A stretch of DNA of 64,000 nucleotides from Sulfurimonadaceae bacterium (lineage in GTDB: Bacteria; Campylobacterota; Campylobacteria; Campylobacterales; Sulfurimonadaceae), in NCBI GenBank assembly GCA_041553195.1, contig JBFEJN010000004.1:3036-67035 (forward strand). Reading direction: 5' to 3'. The notes under the pieces were generated by a model. That model had not been told where the DNA came from. It worked only from the letters and a program-made list of their open reading frames with translations, and did not search any database. A program made the translations under genes and the position numbers. Positions 37,086 through 47,028 of this stretch are shown here, piece after piece (the stretch's first letter is position 1; each line of letters starts with the position of its first letter).

Positions 37086-38222
37086 GTGTACGTTTTGTTT
37101 AAGATTTTCGCTGTACTCACACTGGTTTTTTTGCTCAATGGCTGTGCCGAAAAGATGTTGACAGTGAACCTGACAGATGAAAGTACAACAAAAGGTCATT
37201 TTGTCTCTTTCGGTGACCTGAAAGGGTGGCAAAATGAGGACCATACCGAAGCCTTGCGTCTCTTAAATGCAGCCTGCCTTTCCGGACGCCTGCCGCCATC
37301 ATTGTCACAGCTCTGTTCTTTGTCTCAAGACACAGCCAATGCCAGAGAATTTTTTGAGACCCATTTCCACCCTTTTATGCTGGCAAGTGAAACGGGCGAT
37401 GAACGTCTGTTGACAGGCTATTATGAACCGCAATTCCAAGGCTCTTTGCAACCAGGTCCTAATTATCCTTACCCGCTCTATAAACGTCCGAAAGATATCG
37501 TCAATATCGAACTCGCTTCCGTCTATACGGACCTTGAAAACCGCAGGTTCTATGGACGACTGGAAGGTAAGAGAGTCGTACCTTACTACTCCAGACATGA
37601 GATCAACGAAGGCAGGTTAAATGAAAAGCCGTTGTGTTACCTGAAAAGTGATATTGACCGTTTCTTTCTGCAGGTTCAGGGTTCGGGCAGGATCATACTG
37701 GAGAATAACGAAACGATCTTTGTCGGGTATGACGGTCAAAACGGTCACCCCTACCGATCAATCGGCAAAGCCCTTGTTGAAAGCGGCGCCATTGCGCAGG
37801 ATGAAATCTCGCTACAGAGTATCCGTCTGTGGCTCAACAACCATCCTGATGACACCAAAAAGGTGTTGGAAAGCAACCCGAGCTTTGTCTTTTTCGATAA
37901 ACGGACCAAAGCAGCATCCGGCGCTATGGGCATTGAGTTGACCGCTATGCGGAGTGTGGCGGTCGATAAAAGCAAAATACCGCTGGGATACCCGCTTTTT
38001 CTATCGGCTGTGAACCCTCTCAACGGCAGTGAACTTGACCGAATCGTCTACGCACAAGACACGGGAGGTGCCATAAAGGGTCAGGTGAGGGCAGATCTGT
38101 TCTGCGGCTCCGGCAAAAAAGCCGAAGCGCTGGCGGGCGGACTGCGGTCACCGTTACAGCTTTATCTTTTAATCCCTGACAAGATGACAGAACTAATCTC
38201 AAAATCATCCTCACTTCGCTAA
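37086..38222 (+). CDS. mltA: Membrane-bound lytic murein transglycosylase A
   Basis: Lipobox LNGC, TGYYEP, FFLQVQGSG, NPSFVFF, QDTGGAIKG, DLF. Confidence 0.92.
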   Translation: MYVLFKIFAVLTLVFLLNGCAEKMLTVNLTDESTTKGHFVSFGDLKGWQNEDHTEALRLLNAACLSGRLPPSLSQLCSLSQDTANAREFFETHFHPFMLASETGDERLLTGYYEPQFQGSLQPGPNYPYPLYKRPKDIVNIELASVYTDLENRRFYGRLEGKRVVPYYSRHEINEGRLNEKPLCYLKSDIDRFFLQVQGSGRIILENNETIFVGYDGQNGHPYRSIGKALVESGAIAQDEISLQSIRLWLNNHPDDTKKVLESNPSFVFFDKRTKAASGAMGIELTAMRSVAVDKSKIPLGYPLFLSAVNPLNGSELDRIVYAQDTGGAIKGQVRADLFCGSGKKAEALAGGLRSPLQLYLLIPDKMTELISKSSSLR

Positions 38223-38231
38223 AATGCAGCA

Positions 38232-38801
38232 ATGAACAATTCACTTGAAAAATTTAACCGTCTTGTCGATGCCCTGGAAGAACTGCCGACTGTCGGGCAG
38301 AAGTCTGCGACCCGTCTTGCCTACCATATGGTCATGAAAGATAACTTTTCTGCGCTCAAGATAGCCCATGCCATCGAGGATGCTCTCGGAACGCTTAGAA
38401 AGTGTATTTCCTGCGGCGGTATGAGTGAAGATGAACTCTGCTATATCTGTTCAAACGAGAGCCGTAATCATGAAGTCCTCTGTATTGTTGAAACGGCAAA
38501 AGATATTTTGACGATAGAAGAGAACGGTCTGTTTGACGGCCGCTATTTTGTATTGGACTCTATGGACGAGTTTACGATCACCCATCTTCAGGAGCTGGTC
38601 GCCAGCGGTATCACCGAAGTCCTTTTCGCCTTGACACCTTCTATCGCAAATGATGCCGTCATTTTATATATTGAGGACAAACTCCAGGCGTATGATGTGA
38701 TGTTTACCCGTATCGCCCAGGGTGTTCCGACAGGGGTGAGTCTGGAAAACATCGACATGCTGTCGCTCTCACGTGCTCTCGAAGACAGGGTTAAAATATG
38801 A
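38232..38801 (+). CDS. recR: Recombination protein RecR
   Basis: LPTVGQKSATRLA, C4 zinc finger, Toprim domain, TRIAQGVP.G. Confidence 0.93.
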   Translation: MNNSLEKFNRLVDALEELPTVGQKSATRLAYHMVMKDNFSALKIAHAIEDALGTLRKCISCGGMSEDELCYICSNESRNHEVLCIVETAKDILTIEENGLFDGRYFVLDSMDEFTITHLQELVASGITEVLFALTPSIANDAVILYIEDKLQAYDVMFTRIAQGVPTGVSLENIDMLSLSRALEDRVKI

Positions 38802-39268
38802 TATTTCGTACTCTTCTTACTGTGAGTATCATTGTCTTCACCGGTTGTTCCACGATGGGGCTGAAAAGTGATTCGGTGGGGGTAGAAACCAAAGAGTTCG
38901 GACAGTGCATTGCCAATACAAAAGAGGGCCCCCGTTTCAATAAGAAAAAGGTGACCTTTTACTGTGCAGACAACAGGGTTCTGCTTGGCGACGTGTATGA
39001 AAAAGAGGGTGTAGAATACATCGACAGTGCAATTTTGAGCAAACGTGACGGCAAATATGTCGTCACAGATAAAAAGCGCGTACGTTTTGTCCGGGGTTTT
39101 CATTCAGTTTGTCAGTTGCAACCGATACAAGGTGAGGGCGATAAAAAAATAAAACGCTTCTATTTCGATCAGAAATTAAAAGAGTGCCGTCCGTTTGAAT
39201 GGAACGGAAAAGGTGGTTTTGTCCCTTTTAAAAATGTTGATGAGTGCGAGCAGTACTGTCATGATTAG
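38798..39268 (+). CDS. Lipoprotein with C-terminal BPTI/Kunitz-like domain
   Basis: Lipobox FTGC; C-x6-G...RFYFD...C..F.W.G...F....C...C aligns to Kunitz spacing. Confidence 0.75.
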   Translation: MIFRTLLTVSIIVFTGCSTMGLKSDSVGVETKEFGQCIANTKEGPRFNKKKVTFYCADNRVLLGDVYEKEGVEYIDSAILSKRDGKYVVTDKKRVRFVRGFHSVCQLQPIQGEGDKKIKRFYFDQKLKECRPFEWNGKGGFVPFKNVDECEQYCHD

Positions 39269-39279
39269 AGGTGTCTGAG

Positions 39280-39771
39280 ATGTTTGGCTTTTTTCGAGAT
39301 TGGTGGAAGAAACAGGACCGGATTGTCTATATTCGCATACGAAACAACACGATAACGTTTTATCATTATCCACACGGTGTAGAGTATGAAGAAGATGCTA
39401 TTCTAGCAGTGCGACATAGCGGCAGTAAAAGTGTTGTTACAGCAGTCGGAAAAGCTGTTTTTACGCTCAAGGAGAATGACAAGTCTGTCGTGTATGAACC
39501 ATTTAACCCTTTCACGTATGAAGATCCTGAAAACTTTACACTGGCAGAAAAACTTATTCGAGCACTGATTACATCGGCACCTGAGTTTAAATATACGATA
39601 GTTTCGCCTAGAGTCATTGTCCACCCGGATAAGACCTATATCAGCAAAATGGAAGAAGAGGCCTATAGAGAGCTTGCTTTGAGTGCGGGAGCACGCGAAG
39701 CGGTTGTGTATGTTGGCAACAAACTGCAACCGGAAGAGTTTGAGCGGGTGATGAATCTAAAACATCAATAG
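39280..39771 (+). CDS. Short MreB-like protein (N-terminal lobe only)
   Basis: AVGK, PF....NF..AEKL, SPRVIVHP, EEEAYRELALSAGAR resemble the MreB N-terminal half. Confidence 0.6.
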   Translation: MFGFFRDWWKKQDRIVYIRIRNNTITFYHYPHGVEYEEDAILAVRHSGSKSVVTAVGKAVFTLKENDKSVVYEPFNPFTYEDPENFTLAEKLIRALITSAPEFKYTIVSPRVIVHPDKTYISKMEEEAYRELALSAGAREAVVYVGNKLQPEEFERVMNLKHQ

Positions 39772-39894
39772 TACTGTGATACTCAAGAAGATGAATAGAC
39801 TGATAGTTTTACTGATTGACAGAAAAAACAATTTGCAAAGTTAGTTCCATTTATAAATAAGCAAAACCTGTAAATTGTATGGATGTGTGTGGAA

Positions 39895-39930
39895 AAAGAA
39901 GAAAAAATAGCGTATCACCGGAGTGATACG
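39895..39930 (-). terminator. Rho-independent terminator of the sdh operon
   Basis: CGTATCAC-loop-GTGATACG at 39911-39930 followed on the minus strand by a T-rich tract. Confidence 0.8.
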
Positions 39931-39938
39931 AGCGTAGA

Positions 39939-40820
39939 TTAAACGAAATCTACTGATGAAACGTGGTGTTGTAGACCAAGCTCAGCTGCAGTACAACCGA
40001 GTGCAAGACCGATCATCTGCTGCATGTGCAGAACCGGAAGCTTGACTTCACGGCCGATTGCTACAGAAGCGTGGTGATACTGTGTATCCAACTTAAGGTG
40101 ACATAGAGGACAAGGTGTGACCATCCAGTCCGCATTGTTATCCATGGCACCGGCAAGAGCATTACCCGTCAAAGTAGCTGCAGTCTTTGGTGCTTGAAGT
40201 TCAGCGTGGAAACCACAGCATTTGTTTTTCTCTTCATAATCGACATTCTGACCACCACACGCGATGATAAGGTCATCAAGTGACGTAGGGTTGTAGGAGT
40301 TCTCCGGTGTCTTGTGCGTTTCGTTCTGAAGCTCAGAAGGGCGGATGTTATGACAACCGTAGAATGGTGCGATATTAAACTGGCTAAGCGGCTTAACGAC
40401 CATCTCTTTGATCTTGTCAAGGCCGAAGTCGTCAATGATCGCGTAAAGAAAGTGTGTGATCTGTGAAGTACCCTTGTACTCTAGACCAACTTCGCCAAGT
40501 TTTTCGTTGACACGTGCTTTAAGTTCCGCATTGTTGTCAAGACGGTGTTTTGTCATCGCCGTGTTAAGTTGACAGGTATTACAGATCGTTACCATTGTAA
40601 GGCCATGCTTTTCAGCATAAGCGATATTCCGTGCATTAAGCACTAATGATAAAAAGTCATCATAATCCTGAAGGTGAGAAGCTCCACAGCAAGACGCTTC
40701 CGTCAGTTCGACAAGCTCAATACCGAGTTTGTCGGCAACAGCCATCGTTGACATCATCTGCTCTGGTGTTGACTCTTTTGCAGTACAACCCGTAAATAGG
40801 GCATATTTTAATTTAGACAT
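39939..40820 (-). CDS. sdhE: CCG-domain (HdrB-like) membrane-anchor subunit of type E SDH/FRD
   Basis: FTGC, SCCG, CNTC, FYGC, KCCG, CPLC. Confidence 0.88.
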   Translation of the reverse strand: MSKLKYALFTGCTAKESTPEQMMSTMAVADKLGIELVELTEASCCGASHLQDYDDFLSLVLNARNIAYAEKHGLTMVTICNTCQLNTAMTKHRLDNNAELKARVNEKLGEVGLEYKGTSQITHFLYAIIDDFGLDKIKEMVVKPLSQFNIAPFYGCHNIRPSELQNETHKTPENSYNPTSLDDLIIACGGQNVDYEEKNKCCGFHAELQAPKTAATLTGNALAGAMDNNADWMVTPCPLCHLKLDTQYHHASVAIGREVKLPVLHMQQMIGLALGCTAAELGLQHHVSSVDFV

Positions 40821-40828
40821 ACCTGCTC

Positions 40829-41812
40829 CTAAAATTTCGTTGTTGAAGATGACTTGATAAGTTTTTGGATCTCATCAAGGTTATCTGATTTCGGCATGTT
40901 CCAAGGAAGAACGATCTTACCTTTTTTGAACATCTGAAGAGCAACCGGAACGTGTTTAAGCACACCGATGTTACCTTCTGAGTAGCGTACAAGTTCACCT
41001 TCATCAAGAAGACCGTGTTTCTTGATAGAGTGAGCGAAGCCGACAGCGTGACGCGAAGCGACATTTTTACGCACGTTACCGTCTGTAAAGATCATGTTGT
41101 GAAGCTTGGTGATCTTGTCGATCGGGTTGATCTCTTTTGGACAGGCGTCAGCACATTCGTAACACTTGACACAGTCCCATACCCCTTGACCCGGTGCATC
41201 GACTGTATCAAGACGTTCTTCTTTTGCATTGTCACGCGTATCAATACCAAAACGGTATGCTGCGACAAAGGCTGCAGGCCCCATAAAGTTCTCATTGATC
41301 TCTACGGCCGGACAGGAATAATGACACGCACCACACTGAATACAGAGGTCTGCTTCGTCAATTTTTTCATTGTCTTCGATAGAAACAAGATTCTCCATTG
41401 CCGGTGTTTCGTCGATCTCTGCTTCAAGATACGGCTTGGCTTGCGCATGCTTTTCCCAGAAGTCTGATTTATCGATAATAAAGTCTTTGATCGCACGTTT
41501 CGTACTTGATGGCTCAAGGGTGATCTCATCACCAAAGAGGTCGACCATCTCATGCATGTTGACTTTACATGCCAGTGTCGCTTTACCGTTTACTTTCATT
41601 GCACAGGCACCGCAGATACCGTGACGGCAGCTACGGCGGTACGAGAAAGAACCGTCAAAGTCCCATTTAATGCGGTTCAAGATATCAAGAACAACCTCTT
41701 CAGAGGTGACTTCCATTTTGTACTCTTTGTACATTGGAAGATAATCTGTCTCCGAATTGAAACGAAATACTTTGAACGTGACATCTTTAGTTGTAATAGA
41801 ATTGTTATTCAC
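40829..41812 (-). CDS. sdhB: Succinate dehydrogenase/fumarate reductase Fe-S subunit
   Basis: SCRHGICGAC...C; CIQCGACHYSCP; CVKCYECADACP. Confidence 0.92.
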   Translation of the reverse strand: MNNNSITTKDVTFKVFRFNSETDYLPMYKEYKMEVTSEEVVLDILNRIKWDFDGSFSYRRSCRHGICGACAMKVNGKATLACKVNMHEMVDLFGDEITLEPSSTKRAIKDFIIDKSDFWEKHAQAKPYLEAEIDETPAMENLVSIEDNEKIDEADLCIQCGACHYSCPAVEINENFMGPAAFVAAYRFGIDTRDNAKEERLDTVDAPGQGVWDCVKCYECADACPKEINPIDKITKLHNMIFTDGNVRKNVASRHAVGFAHSIKKHGLLDEGELVRYSEGNIGVLKHVPVALQMFKKGKIVLPWNMPKSDNLDEIQKLIKSSSTTKF

Positions 41813-41821
41813 GTTATCTCC

Positions 41822-43534
41822 TTAGTATGTTCTTGCTTTGAGTTCATGCTTGCCGAGAACGACATCCATGTAGTCTAGAGTGATGTTTCCTTCTTCATCC
41901 ATGTACGCCATAGTGTGTTTCAAGAAGTTCTCATCGTCACGCGTTGTAAAGTCTTCACGGTAGTGTGCACCACGGCTCTCTTTACGTGCTAAAGCGCTTT
42001 CAACGATAAAGAGTGAATAGTCAAGCATGTGACCGAATTCGATCGCTTCTTGTAACTCTGTGTTGAAGATCGTTGACTTATCGTCGATACGGATGTTCTT
42101 GTAGCGGGCACGAAGATCTTTAACGATCTTGATCTGTTCAGTCAGTGTCTCTTCTGTACGGAAGACACCGGCATTGTCTGTCATGCTCTGCTGTAGTTCT
42201 TCACGAAGACCAGGAACAGTTTCTGTACCGTTGTTTGTGAGTACCCATTCGATTTCAGCATTCATACGGTCCGCATCCGCCTCTGTGGCTGTTTTAAGTG
42301 AAATTGTGTCAATGTCTTTGACCATTGATTTACCGACAAAGCGGCCAAAAAGCATGGCTTCAAGAACCGAGTTTGCGCCAAGACGGTTTGCACCATGTAC
42401 ACTCACACATGAACATTCACCGGCAGCATAGAAACCTTCTACAAACTCCGTGTTGTTTTTACGAACGTGGCCGTCGATGTCACAAGGGATACCACCCATA
42501 GAGTAGTGGGCAGTCGCAGAGATCAGGATAGGCTCTTTAATCATGTCCAGACCCAGGAAGGTGATCGCAAGATCACGAAGCTCAGGGAGACGTTCCATAA
42601 TAAGGTCTGCACCGAGGTGTGTCAGGTCGATAAAGACGGCATCTTTACGAGGACCAACACCGCGGCCTTCACGAATTTCCTGGATAATCGCACGGGCAAC
42701 GACGTCACGAGATGCAAGTTCCATCGCATTCGGCGCGTATTTTTCCATAAAGCGTTCGCCTTCCGAGTTGAAAAGGCGTCCACCTTCTCCACGGGCTGCT
42801 TCGGAGATAAGAACACCGTTACCTGAAAGACCTGACGGGTGGAACTGTACAAACTCCATATCTTCAAGAGGAAGACCGTGACGAGCAACGATAGAAAGCC
42901 CGTCACCCGTATTGGCATGGGCGTTGGAGTTGATCTTAAATGAGCGTGCATAACCACCCGTTGCAAACATCACTGCTTTTGCATTGAAGATGACTCTTTC
43001 CATATTTCGAATGTTGAAGGCAACAACCCCATAGGCTTTGCCGTCTTCATAAAGAATATCGGCTGCGTAGTACTCGTCCCAGTACTCAACACCTTCACGG
43101 TAAGCTTGTTCATACATGGTCTGTAAAAGCGTTAGACCTGTACGGTCTTTTGCATAACAGGCACGTGGAGACGACTGTCCGCCAAAAGGGCGTTGTGCGA
43201 TCATCCCGTTTTCCTGGCGACTGAATACAGCACCCATGCGTTCTGCCCAGCGAATTGTCTCCGGAGCATTTTTACACATAAATTCAACAGCATCCTGGTC
43301 TGCCAGGTAGTCAGCACCTTTAACCGTGTCAAACTCGTGCAATTCAACGCTGTCTGCGTCGCTAAATGCGGCATTTACTCCACCTTGCGCTGCACCTGAA
43401 TGTGAGCGAAGAGGGTGTAGTTTAGTGATAACTGCAACTTTTTTACCAGCTTTTTGTAGTTCGCGAGCCGCTGCATTTCCAGCTAGACCAGCTCCGACAA
43501 TTACTGCATCATAAGTATGAATAGGAATACTCAT
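41822..43534 (-). CDS. sdhA: Succinate dehydrogenase/fumarate reductase flavoprotein
   Basis: [40 protein letters not shown]. Confidence 0.95.
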   Translation of the reverse strand: MSIPIHTYDAVIVGAGLAGNAAARELQKAGKKVAVITKLHPLRSHSGAAQGGVNAAFSDADSVELHEFDTVKGADYLADQDAVEFMCKNAPETIRWAERMGAVFSRQENGMIAQRPFGGQSSPRACYAKDRTGLTLLQTMYEQAYREGVEYWDEYYAADILYEDGKAYGVVAFNIRNMERVIFNAKAVMFATGGYARSFKINSNAHANTGDGLSIVARHGLPLEDMEFVQFHPSGLSGNGVLISEAARGEGGRLFNSEGERFMEKYAPNAMELASRDVVARAIIQEIREGRGVGPRKDAVFIDLTHLGADLIMERLPELRDLAITFLGLDMIKEPILISATAHYSMGGIPCDIDGHVRKNNTEFVEGFYAAGECSCVSVHGANRLGANSVLEAMLFGRFVGKSMVKDIDTISLKTATEADADRMNAEIEWVLTNNGTETVPGLREELQQSMTDNAGVFRTEETLTEQIKIVKDLRARYKNIRIDDKSTIFNTELQEAIEFGHMLDYSLFIVESALARKESRGAHYREDFTTRDDENFLKHTMAYMDEEGNITLDYMDVVLGKHELKARTY

Positions 43535-43688
43535 TAACCGTCCTTCAATAGAGTGTACATAATAAAAATCGATTATAGCGTCTCAAATACTTTTCTATGG
43601 TTAAAGAGAAAAATAGTGGCGTAAAGTGACACGTATTTAGGCGAAGTTGGAGCGGAGTGGGAAAATTAGTAGCAACTTGGTTGTTATG

Positions 43689-44900
43689 CTACTTTAAAGC
43701 GGTGCTCTTATCACGAAGCTGGGCAATACGGTTACCGCCGTGTTGAATAGACATCGAGAGTACCTTATTGGCTTTTGCCAGGATCTCATCCAAGTTTTGT
43801 GTCGACATCTTTTGCACAAAACCGCCACTTAGCGTTACCTTGTGGTTCTGGCCGTCAGCTGTTTTAAATGGTGCTTCTTCAACACTTTTACGAATGAGCT
43901 CGCAATCATTGATGGCACTCGTTTTGTCATTGCGTGAAAGCAATATAGCAAATTGGTTGTGATCCATGCGACCGATAATGTCATTGTGCTGACGGTAAAG
44001 AGAAAGCATGAAGCCGACTTTTTTAATCAATGCTTCAGTAAAATCCTGTGAATACTGCATTTCCAATTCATTGAGCTTGTCGACAGCAAAAATACAAACT
44101 GCGGTGTAGTTGCCAAGTTTTTGATTCTTTTTCTCACCGTATTCATGTAAAAACCCTTTGTAACTGTTAATGCCGGTCACACTGTCAAGATAGGCAGGGT
44201 TCTTTGTCGCAGTTATTTTCGGTGCACGTCCCATGTTTTTGGAGACCGCTTCTGCTTCTGAGGTATAAAACTCTGCCATTTCATCATGTTCAGACATGGT
44301 CAAAACCTTTATATCACCTCGAATTTGTTTCAGTCTGCGTGTACTCCACAATGTACTCAACATGATGAGCAGAAGAAGGGCACTGATGAGTACAATTTGT
44401 ATTGCGAAACGCTTCTCTTCAAAGAGAACGTTTTGCGATATGAGAGCATTGATCTGTGTGATTAAAGTGTTGTATGTCTCTGTAAATTGTTCTTCGCGTT
44501 TTTTAAGTTCTTCTTGACTTGTATTTTCTTGTGTATACCACGCTCCCGCTGCTATATTAAAGTCGTTGATAGTCTTTTGAAGTTTCGAAAGCTCATGTTG
44601 ATAGTTTCCGGTATTTGTATACTTGTTGATAAGGTCATAGGCATAGATACTCTTAAGCGCATTGTTTTCATGGCGCAAGATCGTGTTTTTGCCGCGAAAC
44701 TGAATATTGGCAAGATCAAGGTCATCCCGGCCAAGCTTATATACGGCTGTAGCCAGCTCTTTCTCATTTTTTAAATTGTTTAATTTGTTAAACGATGTAT
44801 ATTCACTCACTATTGTAACGGTGAGCAGTGTCGCAAGCAGCAACTGTAAAAGGTGGAGAGATCTTATAGTGCCAAATGTCTTGAATATTGAGATTTGCAT
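43689..44900 (-). CDS. Membrane protein with degenerate GGDEF domain
   Basis: Two TM segments; DSVTG...; the signature site reads RMDHNQF; VTLSGG. Confidence 0.75.
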   Translation of the reverse strand: MQISIFKTFGTIRSLHLLQLLLATLLTVTIVSEYTSFNKLNNLKNEKELATAVYKLGRDDLDLANIQFRGKNTILRHENNALKSIYAYDLINKYTNTGNYQHELSKLQKTINDFNIAAGAWYTQENTSQEELKKREEQFTETYNTLITQINALISQNVLFEEKRFAIQIVLISALLLLIMLSTLWSTRRLKQIRGDIKVLTMSEHDEMAEFYTSEAEAVSKNMGRAPKITATKNPAYLDSVTGINSYKGFLHEYGEKKNQKLGNYTAVCIFAVDKLNELEMQYSQDFTEALIKKVGFMLSLYRQHNDIIGRMDHNQFAILLSRNDKTSAINDCELIRKSVEEAPFKTADGQNHKVTLSGGFVQKMSTQNLDEILAKANKVLSMSIQHGGNRIAQLRDKSTALK

Positions 44901-45060
44901 TATGAACCTTATATTTAGATGTTAATTTGTGTTTATGAACATTTTATTGCGAAAGGGGTTAATCGAGACTTAAAAAAAAGTTATATTTCTTGTATTCGCG
45001 CCCATGAGATAGAGGTAAACGTTTGGAAATTGGATAAAATACACATAAAAAAGAAGAAAT

Positions 45061-45891
45061 GTGAACGTCGAAAGCTATTTTATTAAACTCTTTTCAGGGC
45101 ATACGCACCATATTGGAGATGACGGGGCCGTTATTGGACGCCAAGTCTTCAGTAATGATGCCTTCTGTGAAGATGTACATTTTAAACGCAGTTGGATGAC
45201 ACTCCGACAGATCGCTTATAAATCGATGCTGATCAATATTTCTGATGCCATTGCGATGAATGCAAAGCCTCAATATGCACTTTTGAGTGTGGCCATTCCT
45301 TCTTCTTACTCTTTACATGATCTCCGAGAACTTCATGCCGGCTTTCAAGAAGCAGCCGAAGAATATGATCTGGAGATCATTGGAGGAGACACTGTCTCTA
45401 ACAGCAAGTTGGATATTTCAATAACGATTATCTCTCAGAGTGATAAACTTCTCCATCGTAAAGGACTCAAGGAAGGAGACCTTTTGGCATACACCGGCGC
45501 CTTGGGAAAAAGTGCCAGAGATCTACGCTATTTATTACGTGGCGGCAAGGTACATGCAAAATCCAAGTTTGTACGTTTTGGCCTTCGAAAAGAGTTTATT
45601 GCAGATGCTACTCGTTTCCTTTCAAGCGGTATGGATATTTCTGATGGTTTGGGAAGTGATCTTGAGCGGCTTCATAGCTTAAATAGGATAGGATTCGATT
45701 TTAATAAGAAATTAGACAAAAAGCTGTTTTGCAGTGGTGAAGAGTATGAGATGTTGGTCGGATTCGACCCGCGTCAGCGTAAAAAGATCATTCGCCTGGC
45801 TGCCAAAAATCGTACCCCTTTGCATATCTTTGCCGAAGCCAAACGAACCGCTTATAAAAGCCGCTGTAAAGCACACCATTTTAGAACCTGA
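45061..45891 (+). CDS. thiL: Thiamine-monophosphate kinase
   Basis: IGDDGAV, NISDAIAM, IIGGDT, MDISDGL, GEEYEML. Confidence 0.9.
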   Translation: MNVESYFIKLFSGHTHHIGDDGAVIGRQVFSNDAFCEDVHFKRSWMTLRQIAYKSMLINISDAIAMNAKPQYALLSVAIPSSYSLHDLRELHAGFQEAAEEYDLEIIGGDTVSNSKLDISITIISQSDKLLHRKGLKEGDLLAYTGALGKSARDLRYLLRGGKVHAKSKFVRFGLRKEFIADATRFLSSGMDISDGLGSDLERLHSLNRIGFDFNKKLDKKLFCSGEEYEMLVGFDPRQRKKIIRLAAKNRTPLHIFAEAKRTAYKSRCKAHHFRT

Positions 45892-45930
45892 CCGAGTCGT
45901 GTTTGGTTTGAGCACAATATTAGGACATTT

Positions 45931-47028
45931 ATGAACAGATTTTACGCACTGTCACACACGCCCATCGCTTTTCATTTTAGACAGAATCCGCGGGACTTCG
46001 TCGTTGACGAACAACCCTTATATGAATTCAGCGGTGAAGGTGAACACCTGGTGCTTCTGATGCGCAAGAAGAACCTTGCAACATGGGATGCTATCAGTAT
46101 GATCGCCAACCATTTGGGTATTAATGCCCGTGAGATAGGTTATGCAGGTCTTAAAGATAAAAATGCATTGACCAAACAGTATATCTCTATCTTAAAAAAG
46201 CACGAAGAAAAGCTTGCAAGTTTTGAACATGAGAATATTAAATTTCTTGAGCGAACGTATCACAATAACAAAATCCGTTTGGGGCACTTAAAAGGCAACC
46301 GTTTTTTTATTCGTCTTAAGAAAGTCAATCCGACGGCAGCCAAGAAGCTTTCGGAAGCGTTGAAAGTTATAAAAGAAGTGGGCATGCCCAACTTCTTCGG
46401 ATATCAGCGTTTTGGGGCAGACGGAAACAACTATAAGATCGGTGAAGCTATTTTGAAAGGCAAGCGAAAAGAGCGTAATGTCAAATTAAAGCGTCTTTAC
46501 ATTAATGCATTTCAAAGTCACATGTTCAATCTCTGGTTAAGCCGTCGTCTTGAGATCAATTCGCTTGTCTCGAGTTTTGAACCCGAGGCCCTTTGCGACG
46601 TCTTGAATATGCCGGAAAATGTTATTGCCGCATTGAAAACGCAGACCCATCCGTTTAAGATCTTTCTGGGTGACGTGTTGAAACACTATCCGCACGGTTC
46701 ACCGTTTGAATACGAAGGCGATGCAAAAGATATTGAACGTATTGATGCAAAAGAGGTGGTTCCTACCGGACTCTTATTGGGCAAACGTTCACGCCGTGCC
46801 GGCGGTCTTGCCGGCGAGATCGAAAAAGAGTTTGACATGGATTACAACCAGATTGACGGCGATCGCCGTTATGCATGGGTTTATCCGGAAAATATAGAAT
46901 ACGAATACAAAGAGAACGAAGCATGGTTCGAGATGCACTTTACGCTGCCGAAAGGGTGTTACGCTACCGTGCTTGTCGAAGAGCTGGCGAAACGCCCGCT
47001 ACAACCAGAATTAACCAAGGAGTCATAA
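45931..47028 (+). CDS. truD: tRNA pseudouridine(13) synthase
   Basis: DFVVDE, YAGLKDK.A.T.Q, GN.F, NFFGYQRFG, F.LPKG.YAT. Confidence 0.95.
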   Translation: MNRFYALSHTPIAFHFRQNPRDFVVDEQPLYEFSGEGEHLVLLMRKKNLATWDAISMIANHLGINAREIGYAGLKDKNALTKQYISILKKHEEKLASFEHENIKFLERTYHNNKIRLGHLKGNRFFIRLKKVNPTAAKKLSEALKVIKEVGMPNFFGYQRFGADGNNYKIGEAILKGKRKERNVKLKRLYINAFQSHMFNLWLSRRLEINSLVSSFEPEALCDVLNMPENVIAALKTQTHPFKIFLGDVLKHYPHGSPFEYEGDAKDIERIDAKEVVPTGLLLGKRSRRAGGLAGEIEKEFDMDYNQIDGDRRYAWVYPENIEYEYKENEAWFEMHFTLPKGCYATVLVEELAKRPLQPELTKES

